Below the pieces are notes generated by a model. It was not told where the DNA came from and ran no database searches. It saw only the letters and a program-made list of their open reading frames with translations. The position numbers and the translations under genes were made by a program. Positions 17,268 to 27,682 of a stretch of 64,000 nt of DNA are shown piece after piece (within the stretch, counting starts at the first letter, position 1; every line of letters starts with the position of its first letter). The stretch is taken from the IMG/VR virus record IMGVR_UViG_3300027126_000006. The stretch is one strand, 5' to 3'. The stretch comes from a virus.

Positions 17268-17296
17268 ATGAAAAGGGCCCCGAAGGGCCCTTTCAT
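17268..17296 (-). terminator. Rho-independent terminator after gp23 with cUUCGg tetraloop
   Basis: GGGCCC-TTCG-GGGCCC-TTTT on the minus strand. Confidence 0.9.
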
Positions 17297-17319
17297 ACTA
17301 CCTAGTAAAGATCCAAATC

Positions 17320-18606
17320 TTACATTAGATTTGTAACTTTAACTTTGCGATAGTAGTAGTTGGAGTTAGCTTGTAGATTGCTGTTATCGCCATCAAGCTG
17401 AACAAATGGATTGCTCACTAGGCCATAACGTGTCTTGAAGCCAATCTTTGGCTGGAATGTGTTTGGATCAACTGCACGAACCATTTGTAGAGGAACGTAT
17501 GGGCAGTAGAATAGACCAGCATCAAAGGCTGAAGTGCCTTTGTAACCAACTAGGAAGAACTGAGTAGCAGCAACGTTGGCCTGATATGGATCAACGTATA
17601 CACGATACTTGCCATTTAGAACACCAGCAAATGTTGTTGATGTGTCATCAACATTTAGACCTGTTGAAAGGGCTGGAGCATAGTCGAGAACACCGGCCAT
17701 GGCTAGGGCGGAAGCTACGTCAGCTGTACAGATGAGTAGGTTACCGCGGCCACGACGAGTCTGCTGGCCAACGGCGTTAGCTTCGCGCTCGATTTGGAAC
17801 AATAGACCTTTGAACTTCTCAACTGACCAACGGCCGTTGGCGTCAACGTCAAGGTCGAATGTACCAGCAGCAGCTGTACCAACCTGAGCACCAGCCTTAG
17901 CGACTGTGTAGATTGTACGAACGACTTCACGGTTGATCTCGGCGGTGATCTCTGTTGAGAGGATGTTGCTGAGTTCGCCTTCAGCGTCAAGACCATGAAC
18001 AGCCTTTAGGTCTTGTGCTAATTCTGTTGAGTACTCAGCCTTTAGAGCACGAGTCTTAGCAACAACGCTGGTCTTCTCAACTGAGAAAGCCATTTGTGGG
18101 AAAGTCTCGTTACCTTCAGCTGTAGCTGTAGCAATACCAGTACCTGTTGTATCGGTACCTGAGGTCCAGTTGGAACCTGCGTGTGTACCGGCACCGGCGA
18201 AGTCTGTATCAGCTTCATTGAAGAGAGCCTCACCACCGTTTTGTGTAGAATACTTGCTCTTCATTGCGAAGATTAGACCTGTTGGCTGTGTCATTGGCTG
18301 AACGCCGCAAACATCGAAGGCCATCATCTGTGGGGTTGAACGACGAACTAGGCTGATTAGAACTGGATCATAACCAGCAACGCCGCCTGTTGTGCCACCG
18401 CCGATGGTACCAATCTGACCTGAACCAACACCGTTAACTGGGCTAGCTTCGAATAGGGCTTGAGCTTGCTTGCCCATTTCGCGCTCTTGGTTCTCGAGTA
18501 GAACAGCGGTAACTTCCTTGCGGTAGTTGTCTTTGATTTGTGGTAGAGCGTCGTGGTTTAGAACTGGTGACCACTTCTCTACTAGTTGCTTACGATTTTC
18601 GGACAT
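17320..18606 (-). CDS. gp23: Major capsid protein
   Basis: KWSPVL, LLENQ, GVQPMTQPTGLIFAM, YCPYVPL, FQPKIGFKTRYG. Confidence 0.98.
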   Translation of the reverse strand: MSENRKQLVEKWSPVLNHDALPQIKDNYRKEVTAVLLENQEREMGKQAQALFEASPVNGVGSGQIGTIGGGTTGGVAGYDPVLISLVRRSTPQMMAFDVCGVQPMTQPTGLIFAMKSKYSTQNGGEALFNEADTDFAGAGTHAGSNWTSGTDTTGTGIATATAEGNETFPQMAFSVEKTSVVAKTRALKAEYSTELAQDLKAVHGLDAEGELSNILSTEITAEINREVVRTIYTVAKAGAQVGTAAAGTFDLDVDANGRWSVEKFKGLLFQIEREANAVGQQTRRGRGNLLICTADVASALAMAGVLDYAPALSTGLNVDDTSTTFAGVLNGKYRVYVDPYQANVAATQFFLVGYKGTSAFDAGLFYCPYVPLQMVRAVDPNTFQPKIGFKTRYGLVSNPFVQLDGDNSNLQANSNYYYRKVKVTNLM

Positions 18607-18617
18607 TTCTGTTATCC

Positions 18618-19517
18618 TTATTTAAGGTTGTCGAGTACTGACAGATAACCTCTCATATGAGCAGGAATAACCTTCTCTTCTGTTAGGGTGACTGGAGTAT
18701 CGGTGACTACGGATTCAACAACAGTTGTTGTTGCCTTCTTGTTTGTGAAATAGCTTTCACGAATTGTCTGAGCTTTCTTGGTAAATGTTTCAACGCCATC
18801 AAACTCGAGCTCTTCAACTAAAGCGTGGAACTTTTCTTTGTCAGTTTCGACGAGACCTTCTGAGAGTTCTGCGACGATCTGTGCAACCTGATATGTTGAT
18901 AGCTCTTTGTTCAACTCAACGTTTGAAGCAACTTGCTCATTTAGCTTAGCCTTTAGGTCTTCAACTTCCTCTTCGAGAGTTCCTAGTACATCAAACTTCT
19001 CTTCAGGAATATCAATGTAATGCTGCTCAAAGAGTGATTTTAGACCACCGACAAAGCCTTCAAGAATTTCAGACTTCATACCACTTTCAAGGGCAATCTC
19101 ATTCTGTGTCATCCACTGCTCGACTACGTAGTCAAGGTATCCATCAACTTTTTCAACTAGACCCTCTTTGATCTGTTCGACTTGTTCTACTAGTTTTGCT
19201 TCGTAGGATTCGTCGAGTTTAGCAACTTCTTGCTTAACACGGTTCATAACAGCAGCCTCAAAAATTGTAGCGGCTTTCTGTTTGAATTCTTCTGAAAGAT
19301 CTTCACCGTCAACTAAGGCGGCTACATCTTCTTGAATAGAAGCGATAGCTGGTTCTTCCTGAACTTCTTCAGTCTGCTCAGCTACAACTTCTTGACCCTC
19401 TTGCTCAAGATCAACGTTTTCTTCGATCTCTACTTCAAGAGTCTCTTCGACTTGTTCTTCCGCAACGTCAGCTTTTGACTCGGCAAGAATCTTCGCAATT
19501 TTTTGTTCGATAGACAT
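18618..19517 (-). CDS. gp22: Prohead core scaffold protein
   Basis: LSEEFKQKAATIFEAAV, VDGYLDYVVEQW; acidic coiled coil. Confidence 0.93.
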   Translation of the reverse strand: MSIEQKIAKILAESKADVAEEQVEETLEVEIEENVDLEQEGQEVVAEQTEEVQEEPAIASIQEDVAALVDGEDLSEEFKQKAATIFEAAVMNRVKQEVAKLDESYEAKLVEQVEQIKEGLVEKVDGYLDYVVEQWMTQNEIALESGMKSEILEGFVGGLKSLFEQHYIDIPEEKFDVLGTLEEEVEDLKAKLNEQVASNVELNKELSTYQVAQIVAELSEGLVETDKEKFHALVEELEFDGVETFTKKAQTIRESYFTNKKATTTVVESVVTDTPVTLTEEKVIPAHMRGYLSVLDNLK

Positions 19518-19540
19518 AAAAATCTCCTGTTAACTTTTAT

Positions 19541-19548
19541 TATTTATA
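19541..19548 (-). promoter_or_regulatory. T4-type late promoter TATAAATA
   Basis: Exact consensus upstream of gp22-gp23. Confidence 0.88.
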
Positions 19549-19580
19549 AAAACTTTTACTTCACATTATCCATTAATGTT

Positions 19581-20234
19581 TCACTTCAAGCTTTTCAGGA
19601 ATGCGTCAAACATTCTTGCTTGAGATTCCGCAACCTCCTTCGCGGACATTTTGAGAATATTTTCTTTGATGACTTCAGCCTTTCTCCATGAGTTGGTAGA
19701 AGCCTCATATACCCACTCAGCTCCTTCCATAACGCCATTGACAAATGCATCTGGTGCTGAAGGATCTGCTACAATATCTGCAGCAGTAGCTAAAACAAAG
19801 TCATCTTGTACAACGTTAACACCATCTTTCTCGACGAGAGACCCTAGGCCTCGAGACGACACTCCTAGATTAGCTCCTTCATCAATTAGAGCCTTGACAA
19901 TGTTACCGTATGGTGTGCTTAGAATTTTAGCACGACCAATCCAATTATTGCCATCTTCCTTGAGGGACTTAATCATCATACAAACGCGATCAAGGTTGAT
20001 GGTAGGTGAATCTGGATGACCTAGTTCTCCGTAAGCCTTATTCTTATCAATGTATTCTTTCGTATAAGAATTGACTGCTTGCTCCATGATCTTTTTGTCA
20101 TACCTACGCTTATTGCGGTTGGTGACATCTGCTTGAAGAAATACGCCTTCAATGAAGTAGTCCTTACTGCCTTTGCTATCCTTAGCTTCAACAATAAGTT
20201 TTACTTCTTCTGTATGTTCTTTAATAAGTCTCAT
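19581..20234 (-). CDS. gp21: Prohead protease
   Basis: IEGVFLQA..NRN.R.Y, GELGHP, GVSSRGLGS, DIVADPSAPDA. Confidence 0.97.
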   Translation of the reverse strand: MRLIKEHTEEVKLIVEAKDSKGSKDYFIEGVFLQADVTNRNKRRYDKKIMEQAVNSYTKEYIDKNKAYGELGHPDSPTINLDRVCMMIKSLKEDGNNWIGRAKILSTPYGNIVKALIDEGANLGVSSRGLGSLVEKDGVNVVQDDFVLATAADIVADPSAPDAFVNGVMEGAEWVYEASTNSWRKAEVIKENILKMSAKEVAESQARMFDAFLKSLK

Positions 20235-20238
20235 CTAA

Positions 20239-20661
20239 TTAGCTCCCTGAAACTGCTGGATTGTCAAGGGAACCAAACTGTTCTGGTTCAATAGTAGTCT
20301 TATAACCACCAATCTTACGTAGTTTTAGCCAACACTGACCGACCCCGCCAGTAATAGCAACTACAATATCAGAAGTGTTTCCTGTTGCTTCAGGTGGTAG
20401 TTGCTGTCCACTAAAGTCGATTGAATCTGCGGCAGATCCGAGTAGTGTCATTACTACTGTACCATTGCGTGTTATGGTAATAACTGAGGCAGCATCCCCT
20501 GTCCAGGTAACACCAACAATGTTAACAGTCTGAGTGCCACCATCAACTACTTGGCCTGTAGCTTGTAGTGTGTTGATATCAATCGTCTCTGTAGTAGAGG
20601 CTGCCCCGTAAACTTTGACGATTGTCTCAGCGTGAGTGTTTTTAACAGTGGCTTGTGCCAT
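20239..20661 (-). CDS. Hypothetical virion/head-module protein
   Basis: Beta-rich ORF packed in the head operon. Confidence 0.7.
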   Translation of the reverse strand: MAQATVKNTHAETIVKVYGAASTTETIDINTLQATGQVVDGGTQTVNIVGVTWTGDAASVITITRNGTVVMTLLGSAADSIDFSGQQLPPEATGNTSDIVVAITGGVGQCWLKLRKIGGYKTTIEPEQFGSLDNPAVSGS

Positions 20662-20664
20662 ATC

Positions 20665-21210
20665 TTATTCCTCTAATAGATTAAGTACTTCAAGAAAGTT
20701 GTCCTTACTTTCTCTCATATACTGAACAACATCTTGATGCTCTTTGAATATATTATTTAGCTGTCGTTGTGTGCCCTCAGATATAACTACAACACTGCCG
20801 TCATCTAACTTATAATCCACGCACCCTTCTACAATCTTATCAATTTTGTTAAGAAGTCTAATGTCTAATGACACAGGATCAAGAGTAAAAAATTTAGAGG
20901 AAGCCAGCTCAACATATGACTCAATTAGAGTGTTAGTAACCTTTACTGAGCTATGATGAGATCTAATAATATCAGCAATTGTTGTGTCCGACATCTCTTC
21001 ATATAACTCTTGTTGGATGTTCTCTTTTATAATCTGCTGATTGATATGATCTCTTGCTTCCTCTACACAACTAAATTCTGTACACTGGCCGTCAATAAAA
21101 ATGCCATTCTTAGTTTCAACAATACTATGATTGAAAAACTGGGACTGAGATATAAACTCCTCTCCAGTTACAGCTTCACAAACAAATGATCGGAACTGTT
21201 TGAATTGCAT
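20665..21210 (-). CDS. Hypothetical head-module protein (gp68 position)
   Basis: Start moved to MQFKQF (21210); position between gp67-like gene and gp21. Confidence 0.65.
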   Translation of the reverse strand: MQFKQFRSFVCEAVTGEEFISQSQFFNHSIVETKNGIFIDGQCTEFSCVEEARDHINQQIIKENIQQELYEEMSDTTIADIIRSHHSSVKVTNTLIESYVELASSKFFTLDPVSLDIRLLNKIDKIVEGCVDYKLDDGSVVVISEGTQRQLNNIFKEHQDVVQYMRESKDNFLEVLNLLEE

Positions 21211-21211
21211 A

Positions 21212-21400
21212 TTACTCTTCTGTGGTACCTTCTGTGGTGTCTGCATCTACTGCAGGAGACTTAAACATATTCTGTGCGACATCTTGTCGCATCACATCTA
21301 AACGATCAGCAATACGACTGGCCATAGCAGCCTCAAAAGAGGACTGAATAGCAACCGAATCGCCCGACTCAATTGCATCAATTAATTCACGTGTACTCAT
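21212..21400 (-). CDS. Small prohead core protein (gp67-like)
   Basis: LIDAIESGD...F..AM..RI; directly after portal. Confidence 0.7.
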   Translation of the reverse strand: MSTRELIDAIESGDSVAIQSSFEAAMASRIADRLDVMRQDVAQNMFKSPAVDADTTEGTTEE

Positions 21401-22938
21401 TGTTTTTGGTCTCCCTGTTGTGTATCAACTCCTGCAGCCTGATCTTTAGCAGCCTGCATCTCACCTTGATGGGAAGCAAAGTCAATTTGACCTTCTCTAT
21501 CATCCATCATCTCTTCATCCATCGTCTTAATGTCATCCTCACTCTGCATAAGAATGTTTTTACGTATCCAGCTGACTGAATAGTACTTTCCTACATATGG
21601 ATCAATGTTTTGTAGCAGAGCAATTCGGTTGTTTATGATCTCAGCGTTCTTCAACTCTGTGAAGTGGTTGTCTCGCTGGAAGTCAAACCTAATCTGATTG
21701 ACTAAATCATCCCACTCTTCAAGTCTAATGATACCTTTTGCAACCAACTGAACCCTTAACGCATCCTTAAAGATTCCTGAGAACTTTTTACGAATACGCT
21801 CAATAAACTTGTTGAACTTGATTTCTTCGCGAGTAATTTCTGATGCGCGACCAAGACTAAAGTTCTGCTGTGGTTGCAGTCTTGTAAGAGGTACGTTTAG
21901 AGCTTGGTAGAGCTTTGTCTGGAAGTACTGGATATCTTCAATTTGACCTAAATTTTGACCGCCAGCTAGAGTAGTAATCTCTGTTCCTTTGCCGCCTTCA
22001 CGACGAGGCATCCAAAAGTCTTCCATAAGAGATAGATGCTGGCGGTTATCTTTAATCTCACCAGTTGCAGCATCATAAACAACTTTGTTTCTAAACTTGT
22101 TCATAATGTCATTGACGTACTGCTCTGCTCTTTGTTTTGGCAAAGTACCTACATCAATGTAAAAAATTCTACGTTCCGGTGCTCGACTAATACGATAGAT
22201 GACTAGTGAGTCCTCCATCATCTTGAGTTGATTGACAGGCTTAATAGCCTTGTGTAGATAACTCAATGTGAGACCAGTATTGGAGTCTAACAATCCTGAT
22301 GACGCCATGATAACTGAATCAAGAGATAGCTTCACACCTTGTGAAGTAGACTCGTTGATTCCCTTATCGTTATAGATGTAGTATTCATCAACAGTCTTAA
22401 CTACTTCTACGCCTTGTGCATTCTTTTCACGCTTAACATTCTTAATCTTACGAATCTTGCGTGGGTCAATGTATCGAAGCTCAACAATACCATTCTTTGG
22501 GTTCTTTTCATCTATTACAATATGGTAGAACATACGGCCGTCAATATACCACTGACGGAACATATCATGTCCTCTATCAGAAAACTTATACAGAGTTAGT
22601 ATCTCTTCAAACTCATCTGTAATTTTTTTCTTAATCGAGTCTGATAGCTTGACGTCTTCGAGGTCAATCGATACAGGAGGGATGTTGGAATCAGCTACGA
22701 TCGCTTCATTGACAATATCTTCGATTGCAGCATCACAATCAGAGTATTGAGCTGACTCACGGTACCTTCTGATGAGATCATTCTCATTCTTGATGGTACC
22801 CTCAATGTCTACTGTTAGCCCGTAATGTGCAGCTGTAGTGACAACAGTAGATCCATCCTCAGCAGACGGAGCAACCACACTAGCGGCTTCCGTCTGAGAG
22901 GACTTCTTACGTTTTATTTCAAATCCGAAAACTTGCAT
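21397..22938 (-). CDS. gp20: Portal vertex protein
   Basis: YRISRAPERRIFYIDVG, EDFWMPRREGGKGTEITTL. Confidence 0.98.
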   Translation of the reverse strand: MQVFGFEIKRKKSSQTEAASVVAPSAEDGSTVVTTAAHYGLTVDIEGTIKNENDLIRRYRESAQYSDCDAAIEDIVNEAIVADSNIPPVSIDLEDVKLSDSIKKKITDEFEEILTLYKFSDRGHDMFRQWYIDGRMFYHIVIDEKNPKNGIVELRYIDPRKIRKIKNVKREKNAQGVEVVKTVDEYYIYNDKGINESTSQGVKLSLDSVIMASSGLLDSNTGLTLSYLHKAIKPVNQLKMMEDSLVIYRISRAPERRIFYIDVGTLPKQRAEQYVNDIMNKFRNKVVYDAATGEIKDNRQHLSLMEDFWMPRREGGKGTEITTLAGGQNLGQIEDIQYFQTKLYQALNVPLTRLQPQQNFSLGRASEITREEIKFNKFIERIRKKFSGIFKDALRVQLVAKGIIRLEEWDDLVNQIRFDFQRDNHFTELKNAEIINNRIALLQNIDPYVGKYYSVSWIRKNILMQSEDDIKTMDEEMMDDREGQIDFASHQGEMQAAKDQAAGVDTQQGDQKQ

Positions 22939-22959
22939 AATATGATGTATTACCTATCT

Positions 22960-23481
22960 TTAGGCTGGTTCGAAGTAGTTGTATACAAACTCAACATCAA
23001 ATGTTTCAATCTGATTGTTTGCATCAAAATCTAGTCCAATCTCACCAATTACAACTGGATATGCGTCACGGAATATATACGACTTTGTTGGGTTGTCGTT
23101 TCTATCGAGCTGCGTAACACTTAAATCAACTTGATAGTTGATTGGCATTGTGGCGCCATTTGTTGATCCATAATTGATAATTGTATTATGCCAATCTTCA
23201 AACGCATTTCTAATACCAAAGTTAGCTTCATTATAGATAGTTACACGCCATGGAGCAAATGATCTCTCACCTGCAAAATGCACAGGGCGGCCTCGGTAGT
23301 TAATTGTAATGTCTTCAATTGACGACCCTGGTAAAGACGTGGCCTTACAAAGGAATTGGGATTGTGATGATGCAAATACACCATTTTGAATGAAGGCTGG
23401 AAACATTAACGATACTGTAAATTGGTTTGGTCTTGCACCACCAAAGGCCAATCTGGATTTGAAATCTGAAATCGTTGCCAT
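22960..23481 (-). CDS. gp19: Tail tube protein
   Basis: GGARPNQF, AGERSF.PW.VT, QLDR, IETFDVEF.Y. Confidence 0.95.
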   Translation of the reverse strand: MATISDFKSRLAFGGARPNQFTVSLMFPAFIQNGVFASSQSQFLCKATSLPGSSIEDITINYRGRPVHFAGERSFAPWRVTIYNEANFGIRNAFEDWHNTIINYGSTNGATMPINYQVDLSVTQLDRNDNPTKSYIFRDAYPVVIGEIGLDFDANNQIETFDVEFVYNYFEPA

Positions 23482-23499
23482 CTATATTTCTCCTTAAAG

Positions 23500-23518
23500 G
23501 GGGATCTAAAAGATCCCC
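23500..23518 (-). terminator. Hairpin between gp18 and gp19 (terminator or mRNA-stabilising stem)
   Basis: GGGGATCT-TTT-AGATCCCC followed by only a short T run; late-promoter variant AATAAATA at 23522-23529. Confidence 0.55.
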
Positions 23519-23527
23519 GTTTATTTA

Positions 23528-25240
23528 TTAAGCAATTTCGTTGAAAGAAATTCCAGAGCGGACAGCAACGAAATTTAATGTGATGAAGTTAATAGAACGG
23601 GCAGGCTTAATGTAAATATCAGCCACAAACTCATTCCTATCAATTACTTCGCCGGTGTTGTTTGTCGCATCACATACAACACGGAAGTCTACCACACCAC
23701 GACGACCTTGCACGTCGCGCAAGAATGGCTCTATCATAGAGCGAAACTGAGCACGTGTCATGTCATCATTAAATTCAAACAACTGGAACTTAGCTGCTGT
23801 TGCTATTGCCTTTTCAAGAACAATAAACAGACGGCGCACGTTAATACGATCAAAGGCTGAAGGCTTAGTTAATAGAGTCTTATCACCAAACAGAACTGTT
23901 CCTTGACCGGGGAATGATACCACAGGGTTGATACCGGCCTTGTATAGTGTATCTCTTTCAGCTTTGTTTGGATTGAAAGATAACTTGACGACATTTTTGA
24001 TTTGCCCGCGATTTAATCCGCCAGGAGACCACCACGCATCATTTGTATAATCAGTTCTAGCGCAAAGACCAGCAATATCACCATTTAGTGGAACCCAGCG
24101 ATACTTGTCATTATAGCGGTCGTATTGATATTTGAATCCTGAATCAAGAACAGCATATGATGAATTGACGTTGAAGTTAACGCTATTTCTAAAGGCAACA
24201 GTATCTGTTGCAATAGCAGCACCTGTAATCATAGCCCCCGTGCTAGCATCTACAGGAGACACAAACACCATACAATCCTTACGAACTTCAGCGACGTTGT
24301 CAATTACATACTTAGCTGTAGCGGCTGTTACCTTACCTGTAATTACTAATGAGATGTCATACAACTCTGTATTAGCATATAAAGCATAGGCAGTTTGGAT
24401 CTGTCCTTCTGTAGGGTTAGTACCATTGTTGCCGTTAGCTAGTGTAAAGGTTATACCTGGCGATGTCATAGCAGCAAACACATCAGCTCCGGCTGCATCT
24501 ACAACCTGCTGGAATGTTTGACCCCAAGCTTGGTTAGCATCAATACCAGATGTTGGATAACCAGTCCACCAAATATACTTTGATTGGGTGTTAATCACAT
24601 CTTTGTAAAAGTTGTTTGATCCATCTGAACGTCTTGCATTTGATGCTTTGGATACAAATGCAAACTTTTCGAGAACAGTTCCTGATTGACCAGAGAAAGT
24701 GCCTTTACCGTCAACAACTACAACATGCAGCTCATCTTTGGTTACGTTGTACTCAGCAGCGGCAGATGATTGTCCAGGAGCACTGTCAAATAGTGATTTA
24801 TATGCCCATGACGTCCATCCATCACTATCACAGATTGATACAATTAACCCGTTACCTAAAGATCCTGGATACTTTGCTGTAAACACATGACCGGAAATGC
24901 CAGTTGATTCGTATGTAGCATAATAAGAATCTCTGTTGATAATGCTTGCACTGGTTGAAGTTGAAGCATTTGTTGCAGATGTAGCCACGGCTCGAGTAAC
25001 ATACAATGAATTGCTATATGCTAGAAAGTTTGCGGCCGCCCACCAACTAGAACTATTGTCGTTCGTAGGTGTACTAAACAGCTCAACAAGGCTACGCTCT
25101 GAAGTAACAAGTTGTGGGTCTGACATTGGACCCCAGTAAAAATGTCCAGCGAATGCACCAGTGGAGGTAGCAACTGCCGGCACAATATTTGTTAGGTCTT
25201 TTTCGGTGACCAACACCCCTGGTGAAAGCTGAAAAGCCAT
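23528..25240 (-). CDS. gp18: Tail sheath protein
   Basis: MAFQLSPGVLVTEKDLT, SAFDRINVRRLF, IKPARSINFITLNF. Confidence 0.98.
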   Translation of the reverse strand: MAFQLSPGVLVTEKDLTNIVPAVATSTGAFAGHFYWGPMSDPQLVTSERSLVELFSTPTNDNSSSWWAAANFLAYSNSLYVTRAVATSATNASTSTSASIINRDSYYATYESTGISGHVFTAKYPGSLGNGLIVSICDSDGWTSWAYKSLFDSAPGQSSAAAEYNVTKDELHVVVVDGKGTFSGQSGTVLEKFAFVSKASNARRSDGSNNFYKDVINTQSKYIWWTGYPTSGIDANQAWGQTFQQVVDAAGADVFAAMTSPGITFTLANGNNGTNPTEGQIQTAYALYANTELYDISLVITGKVTAATAKYVIDNVAEVRKDCMVFVSPVDASTGAMITGAAIATDTVAFRNSVNFNVNSSYAVLDSGFKYQYDRYNDKYRWVPLNGDIAGLCARTDYTNDAWWSPGGLNRGQIKNVVKLSFNPNKAERDTLYKAGINPVVSFPGQGTVLFGDKTLLTKPSAFDRINVRRLFIVLEKAIATAAKFQLFEFNDDMTRAQFRSMIEPFLRDVQGRRGVVDFRVVCDATNNTGEVIDRNEFVADIYIKPARSINFITLNFVAVRSGISFNEIA

Positions 25241-25294
25241 TATTTTCTCCTTGTTCTTGTAAACAACGAATATAGTTCCACACTAATTCTCTTT

Positions 25295-25302
25295 TATTTA
25301 TT
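25295..25302 (-). promoter_or_regulatory. Late promoter variant AATAAATA
   Basis: Upstream of gp18; the same variant recurs at 23522, 29328, 45931, 53704. Confidence 0.7.
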
Positions 25303-25306
25303 AAAA

Positions 25307-26938
25307 TTAAGATTTCAGAAGCCAGACCTGATCTTCCGTTAGTTGCTGACCTGCTTCTGGATACTTCCTATTTCGTTCCGCAATTGAATCAAACTCATCT
25401 GGTTTGTTGTCCTGATAGAACCCAAATGGTGTCATTGTGGAATCAATATAATCTTGTTTCTTCTCTGTTAGAATTGACCTCAGATTGATATTAGTCACTT
25501 CTTGGAATACATCTTGCTTTGTCAACCAGGCAAGAAGCCAGAGAGTAGTGCATAAGTCATCATTGACGGATGTGTCTTGAGAAGCATAGCTCTTTCTGTG
25601 TTGTACAAATAAGCCGAGCTCTTCAATAATTCTATATGAGTTGACAGTAAGTTGATCCTTCTCAATCAACTCCTTGAGAACTGAACAACCCAAGCTTTTG
25701 ACTTTAGATGTTGTTCTTACTCCTGGATAGCCTCGAGTCTGAGACAGAGAGTTTCCTTGCGTGAAGTATAAGTTTTCATATTCATACTCATACCAGATCG
25801 TATTTGATACTTCTTCTCCAAGATCATTAATCTCTACCAACACATATGCATCGTTATACTGACGCGCTGTATTATATATGAGATGAGGAAACTCTAGTGT
25901 TGTGATCTCGTTGTTTTTGTATGTAGCAACTACCTGGTATGGCATCTTTGTTACATCTGCAATCGTGAAAGCAGAGTAGTCCATATGTCTACCGCGTGAC
26001 ACATCCACAGTGATTACATAGTTTCTATCTTTAGCCGGCTTCTCAAATACCTCAAGCCCATCCTTTTCATAGATTGGTGTGGTGATTGGTAAAGTAGAAA
26101 GTTTTGATCCATCTACAAGGGTATATGAAGATCCCTCAAAAGAACATTCAATCTCTTGACGGTACTTGACCTCGCCCAGCTTCTTCCGTTGGCTCTCTGC
26201 CCACTCTAGCGTCCTCTTTGGATTCTCCTGCCACTTACCATCTACTGTAACGAAGTCATTATTTCCGCTCTTTGCCTCGGCCCAAAGTTTATAGTAGTGG
26301 TTTAACCCGTTAGGTGTCGAGATAATCACCAATTTAGATGTCTCTGAGGACGATAGGGTCGGAAAGACGGAAGCAATGAATTCTTCAGCTAGATTAGGAT
26401 GTAGGTGAGCAAACTCATCAAGAAGGAGAAGGTTTACCGACATACCACGAACTGCAGAGGCAGACGTTGCTGCCGCTATACATCGTGAGCCATTCTCGAG
26501 TGCTAGAGATTTTTTATTCCATTCTACAACACCTTGCTGTAGCCAGTGGGGTAGGTTTTCTATAATGAACTGGACCCTACCAAAAATCTCAATAGCAATA
26601 GCCTGCTTGTTGGCTAGAATTACTGCTGTTTTGTTATCGTTGAAAAGAACATACCAGGCAAAGTACGCAGCTACAATAGTCGACTTACCTGCTTGGCGAA
26701 ATAGCTTACCAAGCGTATTTTTGTTATTATGTATCGTTTCAATGATCCTCTCTTGATATGGGAATGGATTGAAAGCTACAATCCCATCATCAAGAGATAC
26801 AATCTTAGCATACCTGTTTATAAAGTATAGTGGATCCTTCGCACACTTAACATACTCTTGAACTTGTTGTTGCGTAAACGCTACCTGAACACCAGCAGCT
26901 TTTAAGTTACGATTTGCATTATATACCTGAGGCGTCAT
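25307..26938 (-). CDS. gp17: Terminase large subunit
   Basis: RQAGKST, LLDEFAH, ISTPNG, DVSRG..DYS, DDL. Confidence 0.97.
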   Translation of the reverse strand: MTPQVYNANRNLKAAGVQVAFTQQQVQEYVKCAKDPLYFINRYAKIVSLDDGIVAFNPFPYQERIIETIHNNKNTLGKLFRQAGKSTIVAAYFAWYVLFNDNKTAVILANKQAIAIEIFGRVQFIIENLPHWLQQGVVEWNKKSLALENGSRCIAAATSASAVRGMSVNLLLLDEFAHLHPNLAEEFIASVFPTLSSSETSKLVIISTPNGLNHYYKLWAEAKSGNNDFVTVDGKWQENPKRTLEWAESQRKKLGEVKYRQEIECSFEGSSYTLVDGSKLSTLPITTPIYEKDGLEVFEKPAKDRNYVITVDVSRGRHMDYSAFTIADVTKMPYQVVATYKNNEITTLEFPHLIYNTARQYNDAYVLVEINDLGEEVSNTIWYEYEYENLYFTQGNSLSQTRGYPGVRTTSKVKSLGCSVLKELIEKDQLTVNSYRIIEELGLFVQHRKSYASQDTSVNDDLCTTLWLLAWLTKQDVFQEVTNINLRSILTEKKQDYIDSTMTPFGFYQDNKPDEFDSIAERNRKYPEAGQQLTEDQVWLLKS

Positions 26939-26941
26939 TTG

Positions 26942-27682
26942 TTATAGATCTCTTAACCACTCTTCTGTAATTGTTCCAGTTGTAGGATTACCTTCTGCAG
27001 TATAAGTTTGACTATTGTTGTTGGTATTAGAATTAAGCTTGATATCAGCAATGCTAGTGTAAATTGGTGTTGCAGGAGATACATTACCAAAGAGATTAAT
27101 CTTTGCGGTAAATGTCAAAGTGTGAGTTACAAATCGACGAGTCTGAAAATCACCATCATACTCATCTGATACTTGTATACTGTTTAATGTAATAGGAATG
27201 TCTTGTACTACATTCATATCAGGTATTGCGTTGATTGCGATTGTATACTCTGGAGCAAATGTAGGTAGAATCTGCTCAATAATCTGCAATGCATCTTCCT
27301 GCGTCTTAGTTAGCACATACAAAGAGAAGTCAAGATTATATGGTACTGGTGAAAATACAGATTCGGCTTGACCTTGTTGCTGGCATACCAACTTCTGCAT
27401 CTTTCCTACTTTTCGCTGAGAGTCGTAATTATATCCTGTAATCTCAAACGACATTCTTGGAAGAGATGTGTAGGTGTTGTTTTCAAGATTGGGGTCCTGT
27501 TCTAACCGGACAAGCCACTTTTCTTTTGGTGCATATGCAATAGGGATATGAAGCCTCTGTACCGCTGTTCCCGTGACAGAATTGCCTTGCCGACGATCAA
27601 TGTAGATGCTGGAAAATAGCCGGCCAAATGCAACTACCGTTTTCCGAATCACTCCATGATAGAATACGTTATTGTTTAACAT
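26942..27682 (-). CDS. gp15: Tail sheath stabiliser / terminator
   Basis: FYH..IRK.VVAFG.LF, LPRMSFE, PVPYN, QIIEQILP.F. Confidence 0.95.
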   Translation of the reverse strand: MLNNNVFYHGVIRKTVVAFGRLFSSIYIDRRQGNSVTGTAVQRLHIPIAYAPKEKWLVRLEQDPNLENNTYTSLPRMSFEITGYNYDSQRKVGKMQKLVCQQQGQAESVFSPVPYNLDFSLYVLTKTQEDALQIIEQILPTFAPEYTIAINAIPDMNVVQDIPITLNSIQVSDEYDGDFQTRRFVTHTLTFTAKINLFGNVSPATPIYTSIADIKLNSNTNNNSQTYTAEGNPTTGTITEEWLRDL

